Below, in pieces: positions 48,967 through 58,411 of a stretch of DNA of 64,000 bases. Under the pieces are notes generated by a model, which was given only the letters and a program-made list of their open reading frames with translations, did no database searches and was not told the DNA's origin. Made by a program: the position numbers and the translations under genes. Origin of the DNA: Deltaproteobacteria bacterium (GTDB lineage Bacteria; Bacillota; Clostridia; Acetivibrionales; UBA4821); contig JBLMYQ010000051.1 of the NCBI GenBank assembly GCA_050258375.1, positions 23,719-87,718 on the forward strand. The letters run 5' to 3'. Each line of letters opens with the position of its first letter. Within the stretch, counting starts at the first letter, position 1.

Positions 48967-50435
48967 ATTATCTCCCCTGCCTCCCTTATTGCTTTTAATA
49001 AAGCCTCTGCTTTTCTGCATGTTTCATCGTACTCTTTCTCCGGCACTGAATCTGCGACTATACCTGCACCAGCTTGCAAATATGCCTTGCCCTTCTCATA
49101 TATCAGTGTTCTTATGGTTATACATGTATCCATAGTTCCATCAAAGCCTACATAGCCAATTGCGCCCCCATATGCTCCCCTTCTCGTTTTTTCGATTTCG
49201 TCAATAATTGTCATTGCCATTACCTTTGGAGCACCCGAGAGAGTTCCTGCCGGCATAATCGCAGTCAAAGCATCAAAGCAATCTTTATCCTTTCTCAACT
49301 TGCCTTCCACATCAGTTACAATGTGCATTACATGTGAATACCTTTCAATATGCATAAAATTCTTAACCTTCACAGTTCCAAATTCGGAAACCTTCCCAAC
49401 ATCGTTTCTTCCCAGGTCAACAAGCATTGTGTGCTCTGCTAGTTCTTTTTTGTCTGCAAGTAGTTCATCTTCCAATGCCTTGTCTTCTTGCTCACTGATT
49501 CCTCTTCTTCTTGTTCCAGCAATTGGGCATGTTTCGACAATTCCATCTTCTACCCTTACTAATCTTTCCGGCGAAGAACCAATAATGCTGTAGCCTCCAA
49601 AGTTTAAGAAATACATGTACGGAGAAGGGTTAATAACCCTAAGTGCCCTATAAATATTTAATGGTTCTTGCTTAGTTTCAATTTCAAACCTTTGCGACAA
49701 TACAACCTGGAATATATCCCCGCTTTTTATGTGCTCTTTAGCTTTTTCAACGCCGATACAGTATTCCTCTTTTGATAAACTTCCTTTTAAAACAAACTCT
49801 TCTTTTAATCCCTCTGCCTTTAGCTCAGCTTCAAGCTTTGAACGGCCAAGCTTTATTTCCGAGTATATTTCTCTGATCCTTTGTGTCACAGAAAGATATT
49901 CTCTCTCCAGCTGTTCATTTACATGAAGATTCACTATAATGTGAATTTTCTGAGTTAAATGATCATAAGCAATAATTTCATCTGTCAGCATAAATTGAAA
50001 ATCAGGTATTCCAGTATCATTTTCTTTGATGTCCGGAAGTTTTTCGTAAAACCGTACAACATCATAGCCTATGAATCCTACTGCTCCTCCAGAAAACCTT
50101 GGTATATTTTTTAATTTTGGTGCCTTATACTGCTTAATTGTTTCTTTTAAAATTTTTACCGGATTCCCCTCAAATCTTGTTTTTTGATTATTTGCTTTAA
50201 CCTCTACCACGTTATCTATTCCAATTATCTGCATATATGGATTGCGCCCGACAAATGAATACCTTGCCCACTTTTCTCCGCCCTCAACACTTTCCAATAA
50301 GAAACTATCCGTTCCTCCGAATCTTCTGAATATGCTTATTGGTGTTTCCATATCTGCATAAACCTCCATGGAAACCGGAATTACGTTGTAGTCTTTTGCT
50401 AATTCTTTTACTTCTTCAATCCCTGGATAAAACAT
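48963..50435 (-). CDS. trpE: Anthranilate synthase component I
   Basis: LLESVEG, NPSPYM, SSPE, EHTMLVDLGRND, PAGTLSGAPK. Confidence 0.97.
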   Translation of the reverse strand: MFYPGIEEVKELAKDYNVIPVSMEVYADMETPISIFRRFGGTDSFLLESVEGGEKWARYSFVGRNPYMQIIGIDNVVEVKANNQKTRFEGNPVKILKETIKQYKAPKLKNIPRFSGGAVGFIGYDVVRFYEKLPDIKENDTGIPDFQFMLTDEIIAYDHLTQKIHIIVNLHVNEQLEREYLSVTQRIREIYSEIKLGRSKLEAELKAEGLKEEFVLKGSLSKEEYCIGVEKAKEHIKSGDIFQVVLSQRFEIETKQEPLNIYRALRVINPSPYMYFLNFGGYSIIGSSPERLVRVEDGIVETCPIAGTRRRGISEQEDKALEDELLADKKELAEHTMLVDLGRNDVGKVSEFGTVKVKNFMHIERYSHVMHIVTDVEGKLRKDKDCFDALTAIMPAGTLSGAPKVMAMTIIDEIEKTRRGAYGGAIGYVGFDGTMDTCITIRTLIYEKGKAYLQAGAGIVADSVPEKEYDETCRKAEALLKAIREAGEII

Positions 50436-50470
50436 TTTTAATCTCTCCTTTCATAGCTTTATATTTGCGA

Positions 50471-50627
50471 CAGTAATCCGCCGCTTATCAAGTACAATTA
50501 ATCCCGAAAAACTTTAGAAGCAAGGAGTACAAGAAAGATGAAGAGCAAGGCGCGGAGCGTACTTTAAAGTACGTGAGCACCGAGCGATAAAATCTGACGC
50601 AGTAATCCGCCGCTTATCAAGTTTTTT
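50471..50627. repeat. Structured palindromic element plus 23-bp partial duplicate in the trpE leader
   Basis: CAGTAATCCGCCGCTTATCAAGT at 50471 and 50600; central palindrome CGTACTTTAAAGTACG at 50558-50573; complementary ends AAAAACTT/AAGTTTTT. Confidence 0.7.
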
Positions 50628-50632
50628 GTAAT

Positions 50633-50990
50633 AAAAAAAGGCACTCCTATCCCTATATGGGACGAAGTACCTCCGTGGTGCCACCCAATTTACAGCCTGC
50701 TTTAGCCAATTTCCACTTTAAAATAAAAACACTTCATCCTTGTTCAGGACGAAGTGTTATAACCCCGTGGTACCACCTAAATTAGCTACTGCTAGCTATT
50801 ACTCTTTACAGATACTAACCCTATAAGGTTTATATCCTGTTCGTGTAACGTCGAACCTACGTCAAATGCTACTACTATTTCGCACTGCTCCTCCAAGACC
50901 CATTCATTAAGAATATCAGTACCGGGCTCACATCATCCCCAGCTTGCTGAAACTTAAAATCTTAATTACTCTTTCTCTTCACAGGATTAA
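50633..50990 (-). ncRNA. Trp-specific T-box leader with tandem antiterminator/terminator modules
   Basis: Stem I with GAA-TGG specifier (50900-50902); T-boxes AATTTAGGTGGTACCACGG (about 50765-50783) and AATTGGGTGGCACCACGG (about 50673-50690), each followed by a U-tailed terminator. Confidence 0.9.
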
Positions 50991-51008
50991 TTATTTGATT
51001 ATATTATT

Positions 51009-51038
51009 ATTGTATGACTTTTGGTATGCTTTTGTCAA
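51009..51038 (-). promoter_or_regulatory. Sigma-A promoter of the trp leader
   Basis: TTGACA-N18-TACAAT just upstream of T-box stem I. Confidence 0.7.
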
Positions 51039-51108
51039 TATATATACTATGCATATGCAGTACCTTGTGACACAATAATTCTTGTCCCCCTAGATGTCAT
51101 GATAAACC

Positions 51109-51279
51109 TCACTGCTGTTTTGGGGCATCTACAGGGCAAACATTGGCACATGCACCGCATTCTATACATTTTTCAGGATCAATCACAAAACTATCGTCTC
51201 CTTGTGAAATGCATTGAACAGGGCACTCCGATTGGCAAGCTCCGCAGCTGATGCAAGCATCCTCTATTACGTATGCCAT
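51109..51279 (-). CDS. 2[4Fe-4S] clostridial-type ferredoxin
   Basis: MAYVIEDACISCGACQSECP...CIECGACANVCP; RBS AAGGAGG. Confidence 0.95.
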   Translation of the reverse strand: MAYVIEDACISCGACQSECPVQCISQGDDSFVIDPEKCIECGACANVCPVDAPKQQ

Positions 51280-51363
51280 TATTGGGTACACCTCCTTAAT
51301 ATATTTGTCTTATATTTTAACACTACTTTTATTATATTTAAAGACAATATTTCATTTTCTAAA

Positions 51364-52236
51364 CTAAAAATCTTCCAGCTGTTTTAATTCCTCAATATCT
51401 TCATCAACTGTTTCAATAATAACTGCATCCTTCATAATCTTTAAATCATCTGCCTTATAAGTTTTTAAATCTGACTGTTCGTCTCTATCAAGCTTTACTT
51501 TTACAAATTCCTTAAGAAGATTAGCTTGTATAACCACTCCCTGCCCATCCGGAGTTTCAACAATAGCCCCAACCTTTGGCACCCTTTTTAATTTATCCTC
51601 ATAAACCTCATGCTCATACTTCAAACAGCACATCAATCTTCCGCAGGTACCGGATATTTTAGCAGGATTAATTGAAAGGCTCTGCTCTTTAGCCATTTTA
51701 ATTGAAACCGGCTCAAACTCTCCGAGGTATTGGGAGCAGCAAAGTTCTTTACCACAGAAGCCTATTCCTCCCATCATTTTAGTTTCGTCCCTTACACCAA
51801 TCTGCCTAAGCTCAATTCTGGTTTTAAATACAGTAGCCAAATCCTTTACAAGCTCTCTGAAATCTATTCTCCCCTCCGCTGTAAAGTAGAAAAGAATTTT
51901 ATTATTATCAAAAGTACACTCAACATTAATTAACTTCATATTAAGCTTATGTTCTACGATTTTTTGCATGCAAACATCAAAGGCCTGCTTTTCTTTTTTC
52001 TGATTCTCTATAACTTGTTGCTCATCCTTTTCAGTTGCAATTCTAAGCACCTTTTTTAAAGGTGCTACTATAGCCTCTTCCGGAACTTCCCTGTTTGCAA
52101 TTACAGCACTGCCGTATTCTACTCCCCTTGCAGTTTCTACAATTACGCTTGTTCCTATCTGAATATCCAAATCATCCGGATCAAAGTAATATATCTTACC
52201 GGCCTTTTTAAACCGCACTCCTACAACTTTTATCAT
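51364..52236 (-). CDS. yaaT: PSP1-domain protein YaaT/RicT
   Basis: GVRFKKAGKIYYF, RIDFRELVKDL, CGRLMCCLKYE. Confidence 0.95.
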   Translation of the reverse strand: MIKVVGVRFKKAGKIYYFDPDDLDIQIGTSVIVETARGVEYGSAVIANREVPEEAIVAPLKKVLRIATEKDEQQVIENQKKEKQAFDVCMQKIVEHKLNMKLINVECTFDNNKILFYFTAEGRIDFRELVKDLATVFKTRIELRQIGVRDETKMMGGIGFCGKELCCSQYLGEFEPVSIKMAKEQSLSINPAKISGTCGRLMCCLKYEHEVYEDKLKRVPKVGAIVETPDGQGVVIQANLLKEFVKVKLDRDEQSDLKTYKADDLKIMKDAVIIETVDEDIEELKQLEDF

Positions 52237-53224
52237 TTACAACCTCCCAAAAACCTATAAGCATGTTATCTATAACTATAGGTAAATTAACGTTTCTTCT
52301 AATATCTCTTCTTGATTCTTCTACTTTTTTTATAATTTGAACAATGTCTCGCTCTGAGTAGTTCTTGATGTTTTTTAATATAATATCCTTTTTATCAAGA
52401 TTTATCAATAGCCTGTCATTCCCACAAACCTTGTATACTGCCAAATCTCTGTACCATGATGAGATTATGTCAAAAATATGTTGAATGAATTCCTTTTTTG
52501 AATCCAAGTATGACGCAGTTTTTAGCAAGTCTTCTATTCTGCTTCCATGAAGATTACTTAAAAAACAAATTATTTCTTCTCTAACCCGCATAAACTCCTC
52601 TGAAACCACCAAAAATGCCTTGCTTAAAATTCCCTGAGAAAATACGCTGGCAAGCTCAAGGGATTCTTCGTTATCAATATCATGCATCCTTAACACTGCT
52701 TTAATTTCTTCATCTTTATAAATATCAAACTTAAGACTTACGCACCTTGATTTAATAGTCTTGAGCATATTAGCAGTGCTTTGCACACATAATATCAACA
52801 GCGAATCGCCAGGAGGCTCTTCAAGAGTTTTTAACAAGCAATTTTGTGCCTGCTCTGTCATTTTATCAGCCTGCTCAATTATATATACTTTTTTTTCAGA
52901 TTCAATAGGCTTGATTATAATATTTTCCTGTAATTTTCTTACCTCATCCACCCCAATACTCAAACCTTTTGGAGAAATAGTATAAAAATCAGGATGATTA
53001 CTATTGGAAAGCTTTGTACAGGAAGAACACTCTCCGCATGGTGCCTTTTCAAAATTCCGACATAAAGCAGCCTGCGCAAAAATCCTTGCAAGAGTAGATT
53101 TCCCCATGCCATCTGCTCCTTCGAACATATATGCATGAGAAAGCTTACCGCTTTGGATTATATCCTTTAAAGTACTTTTTATTTTTTCCTGACCTACAAA
53201 ATCGTTAAAGTTCAAAGCTTTCAC
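52208..53224 (-). CDS. holB: DNA polymerase III delta' subunit
   Basis: HAYMFEG..GMGK, CGECSSC, HPDF, QNCLLKTLEEP, TIKSRC; tmk-yaaT context. Confidence 0.95.
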   Translation of the reverse strand: MKALNFNDFVGQEKIKSTLKDIIQSGKLSHAYMFEGADGMGKSTLARIFAQAALCRNFEKAPCGECSSCTKLSNSNHPDFYTISPKGLSIGVDEVRKLQENIIIKPIESEKKVYIIEQADKMTEQAQNCLLKTLEEPPGDSLLILCVQSTANMLKTIKSRCVSLKFDIYKDEEIKAVLRMHDIDNEESLELASVFSQGILSKAFLVVSEEFMRVREEIICFLSNLHGSRIEDLLKTASYLDSKKEFIQHIFDIISSWYRDLAVYKVCGNDRLLINLDKKDIILKNIKNYSERDIVQIIKKVEESRRDIRRNVNLPIVIDNMLIGFWEVVNDKSCRSAV

Positions 53225-53253
53225 CTTTTGTTTTTAAGAATTAGTTTATCGAC

Positions 53254-53295
53254 AATCGTGATAAGCAACACAGTTATGCGCTGCTTATCACGATT
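53254..53295. other. Strong intergenic hairpin between yaaR and holB
   Basis: AATCGTGATAAGCA...TGCTTATCACGATT, 14-bp stem. Confidence 0.6.
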
Positions 53296-53302
53296 CTCTT
53301 TA

Positions 53303-53755
53303 TCACATTGTAATGTCGAGCAGCAGCCCCCTTATATCCTCCATCGACTTAAGTATCTTTATATTGTCCGTCTCTTCCTTAAGCACTTCCTTTGTAAGAT
53401 TCTCAAGCTCTTCATTCACCAGCTTTATTACCGCCCAAACGCGGTGTCTTCCTCTTCTATCCACTTTGCTTTCCTTGGAAAATACATGAGAGTTGTTAAC
53501 TACTTCATATAAAAATTCAGAAATCAACTGCTTGTAAACCTTGAGCTCTCTTATATCAATCCTTGTTCCAAGTGTTTTACCCTGATCGTCTATATCATTA
53601 AGAAGTCTTGTTATTTTCTCCTGAACTGTCTCTTCCATATTTTTCTTATATTGTGACTGAAAAGAAGATTCTTTTGAATTTCTAATTTTTTTAGAATCCT
53701 TTTTCTCAGACTCAATCTTACTAGCTGCCAATTCAAAGGAGTGCCTAATTTTCAT
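53303..53755 (-). CDS. yaaR: YaaR/DUF327-family protein
   Basis: IDDQGKTL, YKQLISEFL, IRGLLLD; position between tmk and holB. Confidence 0.85.
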   Translation of the reverse strand: MKIRHSFELAASKIESEKKDSKKIRNSKESSFQSQYKKNMEETVQEKITRLLNDIDDQGKTLGTRIDIRELKVYKQLISEFLYEVVNNSHVFSKESKVDRRGRHRVWAVIKLVNEELENLTKEVLKEETDNIKILKSMEDIRGLLLDITM

Positions 53756-54381
53756 GATTTTCCCTCCAGCAGTGAGCTCAAATAGCTTTTTACATCTTCA
53801 AATACTTCTCCTATTCCCCGCCTTGAATCTATTACAACAATACGTTCTCTTTGAGCCTTAGCCAGCTCTAAATAACCATTATATACCCTTTCATGGAAAT
53901 CAATATTCTCCAATTCTACTCTATCCAGCTTTTCCTTTCTTGTTTTTCTTTTTGCAATTTCTTGGGGAGAAATATCAAAAAAGAAGGTAATGTCAGGCTT
54001 GCATCCTTGTAAAGCATATGCATTTATTCCTTCAACTGTTTCGACACCAAGCCTTCTGCCATAAGCCTGATAAGCAATGCTAGAATCTAAAAATCTATCA
54101 CATATTACAATTTTTCCTTGGTTTACAGCAGGTACAATCAACTCAGAAACAATTTGCGCTCTGGCAGCTGCATATAACATAAGCTCAGCAACAGAATTCA
54201 TTCCCATATTATCAACATCAAGTAAAAGCTCTCTTATTTTCTCTCCAAGCTTTGTACCACCAGGTTCTCTTGTCAGTATAACTTCTCTGCCATTTTGTTC
54301 AAAATAGCTTGCAATATTGCTTAGCTGGGTTGTTTTACCACATCCGTCAAGACCTTCGGCTGTAATGAAATATCCCTTCAA
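53752..54381 (-). CDS. tmk: Thymidylate kinase
   Basis: EGLDGCGKTT, TREPGG, CDRFLDSSIAYQ. Confidence 0.97.
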   Translation of the reverse strand: MKGYFITAEGLDGCGKTTQLSNIASYFEQNGREVILTREPGGTKLGEKIRELLLDVDNMGMNSVAELMLYAAARAQIVSELIVPAVNQGKIVICDRFLDSSIAYQAYGRRLGVETVEGINAYALQGCKPDITFFFDISPQEIAKRKTRKEKLDRVELENIDFHERVYNGYLELAKAQRERIVVIDSRRGIGEVFEDVKSYLSSLLEGKS

Positions 54382-54394
54382 AACAACACCCCCA

Positions 54395-55228
54395 TTATTT
54401 TCTTATTCCACCAAACTTATCAAAAGGCCAAAACCTGAACAAAACTCTTCCGCTTATTTCTTTAAGGCTTACGCAGCCATTTTTGGCAGCAATATCCCCT
54501 CTATTTTCAGAAAACTTCCTGCTGTCACTGCTGTTGTTCCGGTTGTCCCCCATAACGTAAACGTATCCTTTTTCAACCTTGACATCAATATTCAAATCCT
54601 TATCACTTGAATAAGGGGTTTGCTTTATTACCCCGTCAACTATATTCAGGCTGATGCTCCAAGGCTCCTTGATATAATCCTCTTCAACCTTCTTATCATT
54701 TACATATACCTTGGCATCATCCATAACAGCATAATGATTTCCTGTCAAAAGCTCCCCGTTAATAAAAATCTGCTTATTCCTTATTTCAAAATTTTTATAT
54801 TCAATATCATCAATAAGTATGCTGTCACTCTTTAATTGAACATGGTCTCCTTCTACACCAATAACTCTCTTGATGTAATCCCTTTTTAGAAAAAACTGAT
54901 AAATCTTTCCCAGAGTGTCTGTTTCATAATAGAATGCACTATGTGGCTCAGTGAAGGTAATAATATCTCCCTTGGATGGCTTTAAGTTGAGAAAATAGCT
55001 TACTCTTTCCGTTATCAGTCTGTCCCCATCAATAAGTGTTCCCTCCATCGAAGGACCTTTAACTATGGTAGGTGCAAAAATAAATATTCTAATAATTACT
55101 GCAGCAATAACTGCAATAAAGAAACTATTTATCCATTCATCTGCTTCAGATTTTTTTTTCATATCCTCTTGTTCAGATTTATTGTTTTCGTTTTCATTCT
55201 GTGAATCCAAACCTGTTGTTTGTTCCAT
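54395..55228 (-). CDS. lepB: Signal peptidase I with enlarged internal domain
   Basis: GPSMEGT (Ser), YIKRVIG (Lys), MGDNRNNSSDSR, RFWP. Confidence 0.93.
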   Translation of the reverse strand: MEQTTGLDSQNENENNKSEQEDMKKKSEADEWINSFFIAVIAAVIIRIFIFAPTIVKGPSMEGTLIDGDRLITERVSYFLNLKPSKGDIITFTEPHSAFYYETDTLGKIYQFFLKRDYIKRVIGVEGDHVQLKSDSILIDDIEYKNFEIRNKQIFINGELLTGNHYAVMDDAKVYVNDKKVEEDYIKEPWSISLNIVDGVIKQTPYSSDKDLNIDVKVEKGYVYVMGDNRNNSSDSRKFSENRGDIAAKNGCVSLKEISGRVLFRFWPFDKFGGIRK

Positions 55229-55324
55229 TTGCCGATTTCCTCCCAAGAATTAAGTTTTGTCTAACAAATCACGGATATTATATTATAAAAGCCAGTAAAA
55301 AGCTACCTCGAATATTCGCCAAAC

Positions 55325-55360
55325 AAAAAAGCCGATAGGTTTTGTACAGACCCTATCGGC
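55325..55360 (-). terminator. Intrinsic terminator of the SLH gene
   Basis: GCCGATAGG...CCTATCGGC with a U tract on the minus strand. Confidence 0.8.
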
Positions 55361-55374
55361 AGTAATAATGCTGT

Positions 55375-58119
55375 TTAATTAAAGCTTACAGTTATATCAA
55401 ATATTGGAGATAGATTTGTTATATACGCTCCATATTGTCCTCCGACCTCAACAAATCCATTCGGTACATAAGAACCCAGCTGCGTCTTTGGTATTATTAA
55501 TATATCATTAAATAAATTTGCATCAGGAGCAGTACCTAAAGTAATTTCACATTTTGTTACTGCAAATTGTTCTCCATAGAAATCCAGCATTGTATTATCA
55601 CTCCAGACAACAGTCGGAGAAGCTCCAAATCTTGCATCACCGGTTATCAAAGAAGCAATTTTATCTTTTCCTGCATTAATATCACCTGACTTTAATCTTC
55701 TTGTAAATATTGTTACAATTTTATCTCCGGCCGTAGGCCCCACCGCATTAGTATCAACAATATATACATCATTTACCACAGAATAATTCTGAAGCAGCTC
55801 CAAATTATCATATAAAGATTGTGCCGAATAAACAAAATCCGTTACTGTTTGAGCATCATCCGTATTTCCAATATCAGCTTCAACTTGCTCTGAACCATTG
55901 ATTTTGTACTTTTTAAGTGTGATATACCTATTAAGAGTATCCCATAGTCCATTAAGCATTCCCTGGTTCAAATTCAGGCACGGAGTCCCCGGCTGACCCG
56001 GAAACCACCTATCATACATAGTCGCAGTAAAGCTTCCCGGATTCTGACGCAGTTTAATAATATCAGTATCCAAGCCCTTTGACTGAAGCTTTTGTTCAAG
56101 CGCATTGTACTCATCTTGATATCCGTCAACTCCGTCCAGAGGATTTATATAATATTTCAGACCCCATATTCCATATTCTCCACTCACATCAACAATTCCC
56201 TCTGTTAGCTCAGCTAACTCCGGATTCAGGTAAATAGTTGCATCTGTACTCCCTAATATGGAAGCATCCAGTACAGCATTTGCATTACTCAAAATCTTAT
56301 CTAACAAGGCTTGCTTGCAAGAAGTATCCGCATAAGTTATTATACTTCCATCAACTGCTGCTACAAATCCAATCGTATCAGTAACTGCAGTTACTTTAAC
56401 AGGTGACTGGCTTGTAACATTAACAGCCGTGATTGTGCCTGTTCCTTCTGCTGAAATATTTATTGGTTCCGACTGGCTGTTTCTTTGGTCATCAACAGTG
56501 ACTATTCCTAATGTTGATGTGCCTTGAATATGTATACTGTTACTGCCGCCGCCGTTCACTACGGTTCTTCCTTGTACAGTAACACTTGTTATATATGCAT
56601 CACCATTAGCAATATCTGCTCCAAATACTAGATTGCTTGTAATTATGAGGTTTCTAAGAATTACACCTGCTGTATTTATATATACGCTTCCACTTACAGT
56701 AGCTGTCCCTGAATCAGGCCCATAGGTTCCTGCTGCAGATATCGTATAATTACCATTATACCCGTTTTCCAAAGGATTAGATGTATGGGAGCCGCTGCTT
56801 CCACTGCTGCCAGTTGTACTAACAGTTGCCGAGCCTTCTTTTACTTCCTTCCCTCCGACAGTAACACCAGTTGCTCCTTGTTCTACTGTAACCTTTGTTC
56901 CTGCTGTATCAACCTTTATGCCATCAGCATTAGCTTGTACACTGGTTACAGTTCCGCTTCCGCTTATATTAGCCTGTGCATTTACAATAACTGTTTCAAT
57001 TTTTGTACCCTGCTGTGCATTAATTGTCGCCCCACTTGCTGTTTTAGCAATATCCAACTTTGCAATCGTACCACTTGTAACTGTAACTTCTGCTTTTGTT
57101 TCAATCATCAGGCTCTGTATATTTCCTTTAACTTCAATGCTTGCATTACTATTAGCTGCCTCTCCAACCATTTTTACTTCTCCGAAGCTGCCTTCAAGAA
57201 CTATCTGCGAGCCAACTTCAATCTTCTGAACAGTTGTAGTCTGATCAGTTACAATACGAACTTCATTATTAACATTATCAATCACTACAGTACCGGTTAT
57301 TGTAGAACCATTAATGACATGTATTGAGTTTTTTCCGCCTCCACGGATTATAGTACGTCCACTAATCTTAACAGCATCAAGAGTGACATTGCCGGTACCT
57401 ACTCCATCTCCAATTATTAAGTCCCCGTTAATAGAAACCCCTTTTAAAATAACATCCGGTACATTTATCATAACATTACCTTCAACAGCATTAGTATAGG
57501 TTCCAGCTTTATTTATGTACGTCTTTATTATGTTATGCATAACCTGCGCAAATTCGCTTCGTGTTATATTTTCTGCAGGATTAATTTTATTTCCACAACC
57601 ATTTATATATCCAACCTGTACAAGCGCTGCTATTTCAGACTTTGCCCAACCGCTTATTTCCGCTTTATCAGTAAATTTGTCAAGAGAAGCATAGTTTGTT
57701 GTTGTAAGCTTTAATGAACGAGCAAGTACTACAAACGCTTCCTCTCTTGTAATAAACTTGTCAGGACTCATCTTGCCGTTGCTTCCAACAAAGGTCTGCA
57801 TTTTTACAGCTTTGGCCATATCATTTGCATACCAGCTATCCGAAGGAATATCAGTGAATTTTGATATATCACCCTTTTGGGTGGCACCAAATGCCCGGTT
57901 TATAATTGCAGCAATTTCTGAGCGCTTAATATTTAAATCGGGCATAATTTTTCCGTTACAGCCAACTATCAACCCATTTGAAATTGCAGCTTCAAGAGCT
58001 GTTTTTGACCAATTATTGGGAATATCAGCAAAATCAGCGCGGTTAACCTCTGCAATAGCAATTGTCATGCTTAACAGTACAGCAGCAATAACTATTATAG
58101 ATATTACTTTTCTTTTCAT
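55375..58119 (-). CDS. SLH-domain surface protein with duplicated beta-solenoid module
   Basis: Signal peptide, three SLH repeats (IKRSEIA, ITREEAF, ITRSEFA), two GGG.NSIH-containing modules, Ser/Gly linker. Confidence 0.9.
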   Translation of the reverse strand: MKRKVISIIVIAAVLLSMTIAIAEVNRADFADIPNNWSKTALEAAISNGLIVGCNGKIMPDLNIKRSEIAAIINRAFGATQKGDISKFTDIPSDSWYANDMAKAVKMQTFVGSNGKMSPDKFITREEAFVVLARSLKLTTTNYASLDKFTDKAEISGWAKSEIAALVQVGYINGCGNKINPAENITRSEFAQVMHNIIKTYINKAGTYTNAVEGNVMINVPDVILKGVSINGDLIIGDGVGTGNVTLDAVKISGRTIIRGGGKNSIHVINGSTITGTVVIDNVNNEVRIVTDQTTTVQKIEVGSQIVLEGSFGEVKMVGEAANSNASIEVKGNIQSLMIETKAEVTVTSGTIAKLDIAKTASGATINAQQGTKIETVIVNAQANISGSGTVTSVQANADGIKVDTAGTKVTVEQGATGVTVGGKEVKEGSATVSTTGSSGSSGSHTSNPLENGYNGNYTISAAGTYGPDSGTATVSGSVYINTAGVILRNLIITSNLVFGADIANGDAYITSVTVQGRTVVNGGGSNSIHIQGTSTLGIVTVDDQRNSQSEPINISAEGTGTITAVNVTSQSPVKVTAVTDTIGFVAAVDGSIITYADTSCKQALLDKILSNANAVLDASILGSTDATIYLNPELAELTEGIVDVSGEYGIWGLKYYINPLDGVDGYQDEYNALEQKLQSKGLDTDIIKLRQNPGSFTATMYDRWFPGQPGTPCLNLNQGMLNGLWDTLNRYITLKKYKINGSEQVEADIGNTDDAQTVTDFVYSAQSLYDNLELLQNYSVVNDVYIVDTNAVGPTAGDKIVTIFTRRLKSGDINAGKDKIASLITGDARFGASPTVVWSDNTMLDFYGEQFAVTKCEITLGTAPDANLFNDILIIPKTQLGSYVPNGFVEVGGQYGAYITNLSPIFDITVSFN

Positions 58120-58411
58120 ATCCATCGCTCCTTTATTCTTTTGTTTTTTATGGGGTAACAAAGAAATACACAATCATTTTTTTATTTAGAGATGTTGAAT
58201 ATTAAATTATTTAGTTCTTCTAATGTGACAAATATAAAACTTTACACATATATAATTTTAAATACTTTTATATTTTTTAGCAAGTAAATTTATGGGATTA
58301 TATCCATAATACAGTCATTTATTATTATAAAAACAAAATTTTTTTAAAGGATTTATTTTTATTTTATAGAATATATATATTAGTCTTAAAATTTCAGCTT
58401 GAGGTTTTATA

